From Eubacteriales bacterium (GTDB taxonomy: Bacteria > Bacillota > Clostridia > Oscillospirales > CAG-382), in NCBI GenBank assembly GCA_045652245.1, contig JAZRTY010000033.1, forward strand, positions 75,863-139,862: a DNA stretch of 64,000 nt, read 5' to 3'. Shown here in pieces: positions 16,117 through 25,977 of this stretch (position 1 is its first letter; the number at the start of each line of letters is the position of its first letter). Both the position numbers and the translations under genes were made by a program. Below the pieces are notes generated by a model. That model ran no database searches. It saw only the letters and a program-made list of their open reading frames with translations, and was not told the origin of the DNA.

Positions 16117-16539
16117 TTATGAGATTGTAGCATCTGCTGCAAGGTCCTCATTAAGATCAGTAAGCAGGTCGCCCTTTATTCCAACATATTTCATATCAAA
16201 CGGTACACCCGAAGCTGCAACGGGGTAAAGGCCTGTTGTATGGTCAACAAAATAAGTTGCAAATGGCGTACCGGAAATTTGCTCAGGAGAAAGATTCCTT
16301 GTCAATTGATGAATAATAGCTGCAATTATTTCAAGATGTGCAAGCTCTTCTGTACCTATATCAGTTAAAATACCTGTAATTTTGTTATACGGGCAGCTAT
16401 ATCTCTGATGAAGATATCTCATTGAAGCAGCAAGTTCGCCGTCAGGACCACCAAGCTGACTGATTATAATTTGTGCTGTGTTTTGGTTAGGATTTTTAAT
16501 TTTTACAGGATACTGTAATTTCTTCTCATAAGTCCACAT
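16117..16539 (-). CDS. cotJC: Spore coat protein CotJC (Mn-catalase family), 3'-truncated at 140 aa, apparently split by the element
   Basis: MWTYEKKLQYPVKI...GELAASMRYL...DIGTEELAHLE. Ends ...NEDLAAD-ATIS*, where the paralogue at 56799 continues with QRAKVVYEYL...REEAH. Confidence 0.8.
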   Translation of the reverse strand: MWTYEKKLQYPVKIKNPNQNTAQIIISQLGGPDGELAASMRYLHQRYSCPYNKITGILTDIGTEELAHLEIIAAIIHQLTRNLSPEQISGTPFATYFVDHTTGLYPVAASGVPFDMKYVGIKGDLLTDLNEDLAADATIS

Positions 16540-16554
16540 AATCTCTCACCTCGT

Positions 16555-16869
16555 TTACGCTTCAATTTGCCAAGGCCAAGGACCATTTGTCCAAAGCCAG
16601 GTGTCTTTAGAATGATTTGAAAAATTAGTCATTGGACCACATTCTTCATTGATAATTTCACGCAGGTGATTTCTTTCTTCCAATAAAGTATGATAATATT
16701 CAAGAGCCTGATTACACTCCGGATATGCGTCGAGATAAAGCACTATATCATCCAGGGCAAATTCCAACTGTTGGAGTCGAAGCTTCATTCTACTACAGCT
16801 TGTGTTGTTTCTTGAATTATTGTTAGTACCATAACTTCTACAACTGTTCGCTTTACAATTGTTTATCAT
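16555..16869 (-). CDS. cotJB: Spore coat protein CotJB
   Basis: LQQLEFALDDIVLYLDAYPECNQALEYYH...GPWPW. The ATG at 16869 follows GGGAGG and overlaps the cotJA stop (TAATG). Confidence 0.8.
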   Translation of the reverse strand: MINNCKANSCRSYGTNNNSRNNTSCSRMKLRLQQLEFALDDIVLYLDAYPECNQALEYYHTLLEERNHLREIINEECGPMTNFSNHSKDTWLWTNGPWPWQIEA

Positions 16870-17132
16870 TACACTCTGCCTCCCGTCATTCCGCCACAAG
16901 TAAAGGGCAGGTCAAGCTCACCGAAAATTGTACCCCGTACCAGAGCCTTATCAATTTCATATATGCTTACAAATTCTTGTATAGGAGCATATACATTTGC
17001 TAACGGGTATCCTTCAAGACCTAAACTGTAACGGTTATCGGAGCCTGCGTTCATTCTATTATTATCAGCGTTATTACTACACTTTCCGCAAGAGGAAGCA
17101 AGGTTTTCGTATTTGTTATTACTACAATTCAT
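16869..17132 (-). CDS. cotJA: Spore coat-associated protein CotJA
   Basis: YPLANVYAPIQEF...ALVRGTIFGELDLPF. The ATG at 17132 follows GAGAGGAA. First gene of the cotJ operon. Confidence 0.7.
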   Translation of the reverse strand: MNCSNNKYENLASSCGKCSNNADNNRMNAGSDNRYSLGLEGYPLANVYAPIQEFVSIYEIDKALVRGTIFGELDLPFTCGGMTGGRV

Positions 17133-17250
17133 ATAATAAATTCCTCTCAAAGTTTTGCAACAAAATATTGTTGCTATGATATTTTATTCAATTTAGTCGT
17201 TTTTTGATATTTTTGATTCACCGGATAAAATTGATTTTTAATAAAATTTC

Positions 17251-17289
17251 AAAAAAAATAAGAGTACTATTCTCAATAATAGTACCCTT
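17251..17289 (-). terminator. Intrinsic terminator after the cytidylate-kinase-like gene
   Basis: The minus strand reads AAGGGTACTATT-ATTGAG-AATAGTACTCTT followed by ATTTTTTTT. Confidence 0.6.
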
Positions 17290-17305
17290 ATTCAATAATT
17301 AATTA

Positions 17306-17911
17306 TTATTTGCTTATCGAAGTAATATACTTATACAGAATATCAACGCAGTTTTCCAGTCCAATCTTATCACTATTTAGCGAAATATCATAATTTTCAG
17401 CTGAACCCCAATTCAATCCCGTATAGTAATTGTAATAGGAGGAACGTCTTTTATCAGTTTTTATAATAATATTTTTAGCTTTATCCGATTCAATGCCATA
17501 ATAAGTTACGGCTCTCTTGATTCTATCCTCCAAACCCGAATGAATAAATACATTTACTACATTCGGCTCATCCTTCAGAACATAGTCGGCACATCTGCCA
17601 ATTATAACGCAAGGACCTTCAGCAGCAACCTTACGAATAATATCTGCCTGAACAATGTAGACCTGATCTGAAAGGGGCAGACCATAGACACCCGAGGTTG
17701 AACCAAACATTGAAATGGAGTACAACAAAGACCTTGTTGATGTTTTTTCGATATTTTTAAAAATTTCTTCAGAATATCCACTTTTCTTTGCTGCAAGTGT
17801 AATTAGCTCGTTGTCATAAAGCGGTATACCAAGCTTTTCCGCAAGTAGTTTTCCTATAAACCTACCACCACTGCCGTACTGACGAGAAATTGTAATTACA
17901 TATTTAGACAT
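17306..17911 (-). CDS. Cytidylate kinase-like family protein
   Basis: ITISRQYGSGGRFIGKLLAEKLGIPLYDNELI and a length of about 200 aa. Confidence 0.7.
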   Translation of the reverse strand: MSKYVITISRQYGSGGRFIGKLLAEKLGIPLYDNELITLAAKKSGYSEEIFKNIEKTSTRSLLYSISMFGSTSGVYGLPLSDQVYIVQADIIRKVAAEGPCVIIGRCADYVLKDEPNVVNVFIHSGLEDRIKRAVTYYGIESDKAKNIIIKTDKRRSSYYNYYTGLNWGSAENYDISLNSDKIGLENCVDILYKYITSISK

Positions 17912-17935
17912 AAAACCATTCCTTTCATATAAAAT

Positions 17936-19114
17936 TCATTTTGCAATATTAAGGATTTCTATAATATCTGCTACCTCGTAATTTTTAAAACCGGGAAGTG
18001 TTCTTTTACCGTATCTTGTACATTTTTCTGCAAACTGTGTAAAGTCTTTTTCAAAAACGTTAAGCTCGGACAAATGAGTCGGCATTCCAATAGATTTGAA
18101 AAACTCATATAACTTATCTATTCCATTGTTTATTACTTCTTCCTTGTTTTCAGAAGCGGGAATATCCATAATTTTAGTTGCAAAATCATAAAACTTCAGA
18201 ATATCATATTTATACGCCCATCTGCACCAGGCAGGGAAAACGACAGCAAGTCCGGCACCATGAGAAATATTATCATACATACCACTCAGCTCATGCTCAA
18301 TCTGATGTGAAATCATAAAATAATCAAGCCCGAGACCTGTAAGCCCATTGTGTGAAAGTGAACCGTTCCACATAAGCGCAGCTCTTGCTTCATAGTCATT
18401 TGGGTTTTCAAGCGCAATAACCCCATATTTCATTGTGCTTTTAACAATTGCAATTGCAATGTCATCTGTAGGGGAGAAGAAGCCGGGACAAGTCATATAC
18501 CTCTCAAGTGTGTGCATCATAATATCAACAATTCCACAGGCTGTTTGATATTTATTTACAGTGTAGGTAAGTTCCGGATTCAAAATTGAAAAAATCGGCC
18601 TGTTAAGCTCGGTTGAACAACCACGCTTGAGCAATAATTCATCATTTGTAATAACGCAGGAACTGCTCATTTCGCTTCCCGATGCAGAAATTGTAAGAAC
18701 TGTAGCAACAGGGATATGAAAAGCAGGGGAGGGCTTAGCAATACCATCAAAATAATCCCAAACGTCATTATCACCCAAAGCTGAAAAGGCAATTGCTTTA
18801 GCCGAATCGATTACACTACCACCGCCAACTGCAAGTATCAGATCAATGTTTTCTCTTTTGCAAATTTCACAGCCTTCACGGACAAGAGAGGCTTTGGGAT
18901 TAGGCTGAACTCCGGGAAGCTCAACGAAAAAAATATTGTTTTCATTGAGAGAAACTACAATATCATTATAGCAACCATTTTGCTTAATGCTACCTGACCC
19001 ATAATGAAGTAATATTCTTTTGCAGCCATATTCATTAATTATTTTTCCGACATTTTTATGTTCATCTTTACCAAAGATAATATTTGTAGGTACATTATAC
19101 TTAAAATTTTTCAT
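17936..19114 (-). CDS. Iron-containing alcohol dehydrogenase (butanol dehydrogenase-like)
   Basis: GGGSVIDSAKAI and conserved His region HGAGLAVVFPAW. The ATG at 19114 is 7 nt after GGAG; the TTG at 19126 is the ORF-track start. Confidence 0.85.
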   Translation of the reverse strand: MKNFKYNVPTNIIFGKDEHKNVGKIINEYGCKRILLHYGSGSIKQNGCYNDIVVSLNENNIFFVELPGVQPNPKASLVREGCEICKRENIDLILAVGGGSVIDSAKAIAFSALGDNDVWDYFDGIAKPSPAFHIPVATVLTISASGSEMSSSCVITNDELLLKRGCSTELNRPIFSILNPELTYTVNKYQTACGIVDIMMHTLERYMTCPGFFSPTDDIAIAIVKSTMKYGVIALENPNDYEARAALMWNGSLSHNGLTGLGLDYFMISHQIEHELSGMYDNISHGAGLAVVFPAWCRWAYKYDILKFYDFATKIMDIPASENKEEVINNGIDKLYEFFKSIGMPTHLSELNVFEKDFTQFAEKCTRYGKRTLPGFKNYEVADIIEILNIAK

Positions 19115-19147
19115 AATAAACTCCAAATAATATTATTTTTATATTTA

Positions 19148-19894
19148 TTAATATTCGGTATTTTTATAAGTAATCAAGCAATCAAACGCATTTTCAGAAA
19201 CATTATCATTAACAGCACATACAAGAGATTTATCATCATAATCACTTGTTTTTATTGTAAGTGTATCGTTTAAAACCGACTCATGATTAAAATGTATCTC
19301 AAATGATTCAATTTCTAATTTCTCATCAATTATTCTGTCGTAGACCTCATCTAAAGCGAATGCAGCAGTTTCTGTATTGTTAAAATGATTATTTTCATCA
19401 AGATTACTGTAAAAAACTTTACGAACATTTGTTTTTTCAAAAATAGGGCAGTCAGAAAATTTAAAATTTCGAGAGAGAACAACACCACTAGCCTCAGAAG
19501 GAAAGGCTGGAACATTTCCAATGAGAGCAGATGGTCGAAGAATTCTTCTTGAAGCGTAATCCATCAGTACCCAGGAAGTAGATGCAATTGCGCAGAGATT
19601 ATTATTGTTATCATATAAAAAGAAATCTCGAAAGAAAATAATTCCGGAAACCTTTGTTGGCACAGTTTTTAATATATAGTTATCATAAATAGATAATTTT
19701 CTTTTAAATTCGATTTTCATCTTAATAATTACAAAAACCTGAGAAGCATCACGCATCATATTGTACGTAATGCCGTATGAATTCAAATCCTCACGAGCAA
19801 CCTCCTGAAAATATTTCATTAAACTCTGAATTCGTACTGAACTGTCAGGATTTGCGTCATATGAATGAAATTCTAATTCTTTTACTGTAGGCAT
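19148..19894 (-). CDS. Acyl-ACP thioesterase family protein
   Basis: Double hot-dog length. The N-terminal HSYDANPDSSVRIQSLMKYFQEVAREDL pattern fits the family. The ATG at 19894 follows GAGGAG. Confidence 0.6.
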   Translation of the reverse strand: MPTVKELEFHSYDANPDSSVRIQSLMKYFQEVAREDLNSYGITYNMMRDASQVFVIIKMKIEFKRKLSIYDNYILKTVPTKVSGIIFFRDFFLYDNNNNLCAIASTSWVLMDYASRRILRPSALIGNVPAFPSEASGVVLSRNFKFSDCPIFEKTNVRKVFYSNLDENNHFNNTETAAFALDEVYDRIIDEKLEIESFEIHFNHESVLNDTLTIKTSDYDDKSLVCAVNDNVSENAFDCLITYKNTEY

Positions 19895-20258
19895 ACACTG
19901 AGACTCCTCTACTAAAAACATCTCACCCAAATTATATAAAATTTTGATTTTATATAATTTCTACTATAACGATATTATGAATGAGGGATAATCTACTCCC
20001 TATCAAGTATTCATCAAAAATTTAATTTCGAGTACTTTTGTAGTATAAACAGATACATCACCGTAATATTACGAGCTTATATAGGATAAATACTTCCGTA
20101 TTTCATAATTTACAAATACGAGCTAACATTGTAAATTAATATCAGCTCGTATTTGTGCATTTATTGTTTTAATATAATTTTATTTGATATTTGTTTTGGG
20201 ATTTAAATAAGAATGCTTTTATAAGACGATATTTTATAAAAAGCAGTTTGTCAGAATA

Positions 20259-21638
20259 TCAAAGAACAATACCATCCTTAAAGATTGAAATTTCTCTAAA
20301 ACCATTTTGTTCATTTTTTGTTAACTTTCCTGAAGCAACCTCACATACATAATCAACAAGCTTGTCTGACAATTCATCCATCGTTACACCGTCAAGAAGC
20401 GGTGATGCATCAAAGTCAATCCAATTGTTCTTTTTATTGTAAAGATTAGCATTTGTAGAAAGCTTAACAGTTGGAACAGGACCACCAACAGGAGTTCCTC
20501 TACCGGTTGTAAAGAGGATAACATGAACTCCGGCTGCAGTAAGGTTTGTAATGGCAACAATATCATTTCCGGGGCCATTCAGAAGCGAGAGACCATTCTT
20601 TGTTATAGTATCTCCATAGTCAAGAACATCTACAACCTCCCCTGCTCCGCCTTTCTGAACACATCCGAGAGATTTTTCCTCAAGTGTTGTGATTCCACCG
20701 GCTTTATTTCCGGGAGAAGGATTTTCATATACTACCTGATTGTGCTTTGTGAAATAATCCTTGAAGTTGTTAATAAGTGCTACTGTTTTATCAAACAGCT
20801 CACGATTTACACATCTCTGCATAAGAAGATGCTCTGCTCCGAACATTTCAGGAACCTCGGTGAGAATACAGGAACCACCCGAAGCAATAATCTTATCAGA
20901 CAGTGCTCCCACAAGTGGATTAGCTGTAATTCCACTATAGCCATCGCTGCCTCCACATTTTAATCCTATTCTAAGCTTTGATACAGGAAGCTTTACTCTT
21001 TCAAATGTGTCAGCATATTCGCGAAGCTCATTAATTATCCTTATGCCCTCTGCTATTTCATCTTCAAAATCCTGAGAATTCATGAAGCGAACTCTTTTAG
21101 GATTGTACTCACCGAGAACCTTCTTAAACTCATCAATATTGTTGTTCTCACATCCAAGGCCTAAAACAAGCACACCACCTGCATTCGGATGATTTACAAG
21201 ACCTCTTAAAATATACTGAGTTTTTGTCTGGTCATCTCCAAGCTGAGAACAGCCAAACGGGTGTTCGAAACACACTGCCCCTGTAAGTTCAGATAGCTTT
21301 TTCGCCACCTTGTTTACACAACCAACGGTATTTACAATCCATATTTCGTTACGAATACCAACATCACCGTTCTCACGAACATAACCCATAAAGGTTTTAT
21401 CGCTTTCTATACGCGGAAGTGGCGCATATTCACCACTATATGTATAATTAAAGGTATTCTCAAGATTAGTTTTTACGTTATGGCTGTGAACATGCTCGCC
21501 TTTTTTGATATCACAGGTTGCGTGTCCGATTGGATTACCATATTTAATAATATTTTCGCCGCTTTTAATATCTCGAAGTGCATATTTATGTCCGTTTTCA
21601 AGATTTACTTCAACATTATCTAGCTTGTTAATTATCAT
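20259..21638 (-). CDS. uxaA: Altronate dehydratase (UxaA family)
   Basis: N-terminal SAF domain NVEVNLENGHKYALRDIKSGENIIKYGNPIGHATCDIKKGEHVHSHN plus a large C-terminal dehydratase domain. ATGA overlap with uxaB. Confidence 0.85.
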   Translation of the reverse strand: MIINKLDNVEVNLENGHKYALRDIKSGENIIKYGNPIGHATCDIKKGEHVHSHNVKTNLENTFNYTYSGEYAPLPRIESDKTFMGYVRENGDVGIRNEIWIVNTVGCVNKVAKKLSELTGAVCFEHPFGCSQLGDDQTKTQYILRGLVNHPNAGGVLVLGLGCENNNIDEFKKVLGEYNPKRVRFMNSQDFEDEIAEGIRIINELREYADTFERVKLPVSKLRIGLKCGGSDGYSGITANPLVGALSDKIIASGGSCILTEVPEMFGAEHLLMQRCVNRELFDKTVALINNFKDYFTKHNQVVYENPSPGNKAGGITTLEEKSLGCVQKGGAGEVVDVLDYGDTITKNGLSLLNGPGNDIVAITNLTAAGVHVILFTTGRGTPVGGPVPTVKLSTNANLYNKKNNWIDFDASPLLDGVTMDELSDKLVDYVCEVASGKLTKNEQNGFREISIFKDGIVL

Positions 21639-22930
21639 TTTGACATTCTCCTGTTTATTTCATCAGCGAGGAAACTGAGATCTTCGTCCCACAAATCCTT
21701 ATTAGCAAGAATTACAGCTACATCAGAATTCTTCATAAATTCGCAAACCTTAGGATCGTCATTTGTCATATCTGTCTTGTAGAACTCAATAAGTTTTGCA
21801 AACGAGGTAAGAAGATTGTTTGGCATCTCCCCTTTTCTCTTGATATACTCAAGAATTGAAGGAAGAACTCTAACCTTGAACTTACTTACAGAGTTCAGCG
21901 CAATAGAAGAACACATATGTTTGATATAAGGGTTCTGGAAACGTTCAAATACGTTATCAGCATAATCCTTAAGTTCTTCAATTGGCAAATCTAGTGTAGG
22001 AATGATCTCATCATAAACACATGCTTTCACAAAGCTTAACATCTTCTCGTCATTCATACAATCGCCAACAGTTTCAACACCCTCAAGAAGCGCATACGGA
22101 ATCATTGATGTATGAGCGCCGTTAAGAATTCTTACTTTTCTTGTTCTGTAACGTTCAAGGTTATCAGTAAGAATTATATTAAGACCTGTCTTTTCAAATG
22201 GGAATTCCTGCGCTACACACTTAGGTCCTTCAATAACCCAAAGATGGAAAAGTTCACTTGTATTGAGCATATTGTCTTCGTAACCAAGTTCGATTTTTTC
22301 ATCTCTCGGATAGCCTGTAACAATTCTGTCAACGAGAGTATTACAGAAAATATTGCTATCCTCTACCCATTTTTCAAATGCAGCATCGAGATTCCAGAGC
22401 TTTGCGTATTTAAGAACGCACTTTTTGAGGTTTTCACCATTTTTGTCTATAAGCTCACACGGCAAGAAAATAAATCCGGGAAGACCAAGCTCAAAACGTC
22501 TCTTAAGTAAAAGAGTAACCTTTGCAGGAAATGTTACATTTGGTGCATTCTCGATTTTATCGTTTTCATCAAATGTGATACCGGATTCTGTTGTATTTGA
22601 TACAACAAATCTGAAATCCTTGTTTTCAGCAAGGGCAAGATAGGTTGAAAAATCCTTATAGGGCTGTACTGTTCTTGAAATACACTTAACTATCTTTTTA
22701 TCAACAGTAGGAACTCCATCCTTCATTCCACGCATAATGTGTGTATAAACACAATTCTGTGCTTCAAGCATATCGCACATACCTTTTTCGATCGGCTGAA
22801 CTACCACAACATTTGCATTAAAATCGGAATTTTCATTTGTAATCTGGATTATCCAGTCCACGAAACCCCTTAAAAATCCACCTTCACCGAATTGAATTAC
22901 TTTTTCAACTCTTTTTTCATTTGTAAACAT
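21635..22930 (-). CDS. uxaB: Tagaturonate reductase (altronate oxidoreductase)
   Basis: VIQFGEGGFLRGFVDWII indicates the mannitol dehydrogenase family. The ATG at 22930 follows GGAGAA. Confidence 0.8.
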   Translation of the reverse strand: MFTNEKRVEKVIQFGEGGFLRGFVDWIIQITNENSDFNANVVVVQPIEKGMCDMLEAQNCVYTHIMRGMKDGVPTVDKKIVKCISRTVQPYKDFSTYLALAENKDFRFVVSNTTESGITFDENDKIENAPNVTFPAKVTLLLKRRFELGLPGFIFLPCELIDKNGENLKKCVLKYAKLWNLDAAFEKWVEDSNIFCNTLVDRIVTGYPRDEKIELGYEDNMLNTSELFHLWVIEGPKCVAQEFPFEKTGLNIILTDNLERYRTRKVRILNGAHTSMIPYALLEGVETVGDCMNDEKMLSFVKACVYDEIIPTLDLPIEELKDYADNVFERFQNPYIKHMCSSIALNSVSKFKVRVLPSILEYIKRKGEMPNNLLTSFAKLIEFYKTDMTNDDPKVCEFMKNSDVAVILANKDLWDEDLSFLADEINRRMSK

Positions 22931-22991
22931 TTTATTCTCCTTAAAAACATTATAAAATTCAAGAATATGATACCATAAAATCACATAAATG

Positions 22992-23474
22992 TCAACACAA
23001 TTTTTTTAAAAGCTCCTCATTATGAACGTACGAATTAACACTTAAATCAAGCGATAAAAGCTTTCTTACAACAGATGAGCTAATGTGTGAATATTCGGGT
23101 AGCGAAGCAAGATAAAATGTCTCTAAAACAGCGTTATTCTTTGTATCTGCTATACTGCGATTAACAAATGTCATTTCGTTCTCATATTCTACATCAACCT
23201 GATTTCTGATACCCTTTACGATAATTTTGATTCCGTTCGCAACTGCAAAATCGGCAATAAGACCATCCCACAGAACACATTTCACATTTTTAAAATTCTT
23301 TGTTGCATCCTCGATATATTTTACGCGGCTTTCAGCAGACAATAAATACTTCTTTTGTGAGTTATTTCCTACAACCACAATAATTTCATCAAATATTTTA
23401 CTGCAACGAACTACAATGTCAAGATGACCGAGAGTAAACGGATCAAAGCTTCCCGGAATCATAACCTTAGTCAT
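22992..23474 (-). CDS. coaD: Phosphopantetheine adenylyltransferase
   Basis: MIPGSFDPFTLGHLDIV. The start at 23474 follows AGGAGGG. Confidence 0.9.
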   Translation of the reverse strand: MTKVMIPGSFDPFTLGHLDIVVRCSKIFDEIIVVVGNNSQKKYLLSAESRVKYIEDATKNFKNVKCVLWDGLIADFAVANGIKIIVKGIRNQVDVEYENEMTFVNRSIADTKNNAVLETFYLASLPEYSHISSSVVRKLLSLDLSVNSYVHNEELLKKLC

Positions 23475-24048
23475 TATTATCACCCTCCTGAAGTGAACTT
23501 TCAGAATAATCAAAAATGTATGTTATTGTTCTACTGTATTTATATTTTTTACGGAGCTTCAGACAATAAATGTCACCATCGATTTCGTCCTTATCAGTTT
23601 CACAAACAACAATAGCACCATCAGCTAAAATATTTGCTCTGGAGACCTTCTTCAGAATTTCATCTTTCATACTCTTTGAATAAGGAGGGTCAAGAAAAAC
23701 AATATCAAACTTTTCCCTGCCCGATGCTGATTTTAAATATTCACTGTAATCCATACGGGAAATTTTACAGCTTTTGGAAAGACCTGTCTTTTTTGCATTA
23801 GCCTTGATTACATCAATCGCCTCACTGCTTTCGTCAATTAAAACTGCAGATTCACTGCCTCTGCTCAATGCTTCAAGTGCCATCTGCCCACAGCCCGAAA
23901 ACAAGTCAAGCACCTTCTTGCCATCAAGTTCAAACTGAATTGCACTGAAAATTCCTTCTTTAGTTCGCTGAGTAGTAGGTCGGGTAATTTCTTCCCCCTC
24001 AAGTGTCTGAAGCTTTACTCCTCTTGCTATTCCTGTTATAATTCGCAT
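23467..24048 (-). CDS. rsmD: 16S rRNA (guanine966-N2)-methyltransferase RsmD
   Basis: MRIITG..RG..L......TRPT..R.KE.IF; LDLFSGCG; FLDPPY. Confidence 0.9.
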   Translation of the reverse strand: MRIITGIARGVKLQTLEGEEITRPTTQRTKEGIFSAIQFELDGKKVLDLFSGCGQMALEALSRGSESAVLIDESSEAIDVIKANAKKTGLSKSCKISRMDYSEYLKSASGREKFDIVFLDPPYSKSMKDEILKKVSRANILADGAIVVCETDKDEIDGDIYCLKLRKKYKYSRTITYIFDYSESSLQEGDNND

Positions 24049-24060
24049 ATTTTACTCCTG

Positions 24061-25893
24061 TTATTGATTAAGATATTTTAAAATATTTTCGGCAACTGTC
24101 TTGCTGATACCACATGAACAGATTTCCTCAATAGTAGCGTTTTTTATATTTTGTATAGATTTAAACCTTTTCATAAGCGTTTTCGCGCGAGCTTCTCCTA
24201 CGCCTTTAATGTTCAGTAGCAGCGATGTTTTAACCTTTTTCGTTCTTGATGCGTCCATTTTCGAGAAAGTAAATCTGTGAACCTCCTCTTGTATGCCGTA
24301 AATAAAGGTAAAAAGACTTAAGTCATTCGCAATACTTACTTCTCTTTCTCCGTCGGTGAGAGTTCGCGTCTTATGAAAATCATCTTTAATCATTCCGATT
24401 ATAGGAATATTTATACCCATTTCAGAAGACAACTTCAAAATCGTGTTTACGTGCGACATTCCACCGTCAAGGAGTATAAGGTCAGGACGTATGGAAAAGG
24501 ATTGATTATTCTTTTGGCTGTCACATAAATAACTAAATCTTCGACGTAGCACTTCGCTCATCGCTGCGTAGTCATCAACTTTCCCCAACAATTCCTTAAT
24601 AGAAAATATACGGTAATCTGATTTTTTAAAATTTCCGCTTTCAATTACAATCATTCCACCATACATATCGTCAACGCCATTGTTTGAAATATCGTATGCT
24701 TCTATTCTTTCAGGGACAACTTCAAGTTTCAGCAGGCTTGCAAGCTTAATTAAAGCTTCGTCGGATTTTTTTAACATTTCCAGTTTTTGCCTTACAGCCT
24801 CCGAAGCATTCCTGCGTGCCATAATAGTATAAGCCTTTTTTTCTCCACGCTCAGGAATAAGAATTTTGACCTCGGATTTTTTGTTAAATGAAAGCTTTTC
24901 CCTTAAATTAAGAAGTTCCTCATCCGCCAACGGAAAGGATAAGAGAATGTTTTTTGGAATATATGCACAATTTTTATAAAACCTCTCTATAAAGTCTGAG
25001 ATTTCATAATTCTCACACAATTCATCAGAAGAAAAAATATAGTCCTCCTTGTCGATTACCTTACCGTTTCTTACAAAAACAATGGACATTGCAGATGATG
25101 TCTCACCGATATATAGCCCAAAAACGTCAAACTCCTTGTCGGGATTTGTAACAATCCCCTGGTGCTCGCGCAAGCGATTAATTGAATTAATCTTATCACG
25201 ACATTTTGCTGCATTTTCAAAATCCAGCTTTTCGGCATAGTCTGTCATTTTCTTTTCGAGCTCATCCATTGATGCTTTATAATCGCCCTTTAAAAATGCC
25301 TCGACATCAGTAAAAATATTTCTGTATTCTGCTTCGGTAATATTTCCGGAGCAAGGCCCTACACATTGACCGAGATAATAAAAAAGACAATGCCTGCAAA
25401 GCCTCTTTCCATATTTAAAATCCCTTTTACAGGTTGCAATTCTGAAGGATTTACTGACTGTGTCGATTATTTCATTTGCAGCTCTTGCTGATGTATACGG
25501 GCCGAAATAAGCGGCTTTATCATCCTTCCTGGTCCTGGATAACAAAATTTTTGGAAAAGGCTTCTCATAATCAAGCTTTATATATGGATAGGTTTTTGCA
25601 TCCTTAAGCTTAATGTTGTATTTTGGGGTATGACACTTTATAAGCTCGTTTTCAAGAATTAATGCTTCGGCTTCGGATGCGGTATAAATACATTCAAAAT
25701 CATCAATATTACTTGAAAGCTTTGCCGTTTTTGCATTTAACATTGATGGCGCTTGAAAATAATGTGACACTCGATTATGAAGATTCTTTGACTTCCCGAC
25801 ATATATGATTTTACCATTCTTATTTTTCATTATATATACGCCAGGAGCCTCAGGAAGCAGCTTAACCTTTTCTCGAAGTTCACCTTGTGTCAT
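24061..25893 (-). CDS. uvrC: Excinuclease ABC subunit C
   Basis: GIY-YIG N-terminus (GVYIMKNKNGKIIYVGKSKNL), UVR domain and C-terminal HhH. Confidence 0.95.
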   Translation of the reverse strand: MTQGELREKVKLLPEAPGVYIMKNKNGKIIYVGKSKNLHNRVSHYFQAPSMLNAKTAKLSSNIDDFECIYTASEAEALILENELIKCHTPKYNIKLKDAKTYPYIKLDYEKPFPKILLSRTRKDDKAAYFGPYTSARAANEIIDTVSKSFRIATCKRDFKYGKRLCRHCLFYYLGQCVGPCSGNITEAEYRNIFTDVEAFLKGDYKASMDELEKKMTDYAEKLDFENAAKCRDKINSINRLREHQGIVTNPDKEFDVFGLYIGETSSAMSIVFVRNGKVIDKEDYIFSSDELCENYEISDFIERFYKNCAYIPKNILLSFPLADEELLNLREKLSFNKKSEVKILIPERGEKKAYTIMARRNASEAVRQKLEMLKKSDEALIKLASLLKLEVVPERIEAYDISNNGVDDMYGGMIVIESGNFKKSDYRIFSIKELLGKVDDYAAMSEVLRRRFSYLCDSQKNNQSFSIRPDLILLDGGMSHVNTILKLSSEMGINIPIIGMIKDDFHKTRTLTDGEREVSIANDLSLFTFIYGIQEEVHRFTFSKMDASRTKKVKTSLLLNIKGVGEARAKTLMKRFKSIQNIKNATIEEICSCGISKTVAENILKYLNQ

Positions 25894-25926
25894 AATTCCA
25901 CCCCTAATATATAAGAAAAGAAGCCG

Positions 25927-25953
25927 AAATTAACGGCTTCTTTGACTAACTTA
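25927..25953 (-). terminator. Intrinsic terminator after ptsH
   Basis: AAAGAAGCCG / CGGCTTCTTT stem, with a T-rich tail on the minus strand. Confidence 0.7.
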
Positions 25954-25977
25954 TTTATAAAAACAGATTATTGAAAT

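Larger units (their letters stand above)
1..16130. mobile_element. Right-hand part of an integrated element of at least 16 kb, bounded by the serine recombinase and the truncated cotJC. The left end is outside the window.
   Basis: The recombinase gene lies about 150 bp from the point where cotJC homology stops. Cargo is accessory and defence-type genes. Composition is visibly more AT-rich than 16-64 kb. Confidence 0.6.

Noticed and set aside
20112-20156. 13-bp inverted repeat ACAAATACGAGCT...AGCTCGTATTTGT as a regulator operator for the uxa genes
   Set aside because: It lies downstream of uxaA and upstream of the thioesterase gene, has a 19-nt loop and no flanking promoter elements that I could identify. 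It may equally be a weak terminator, so no call is made.
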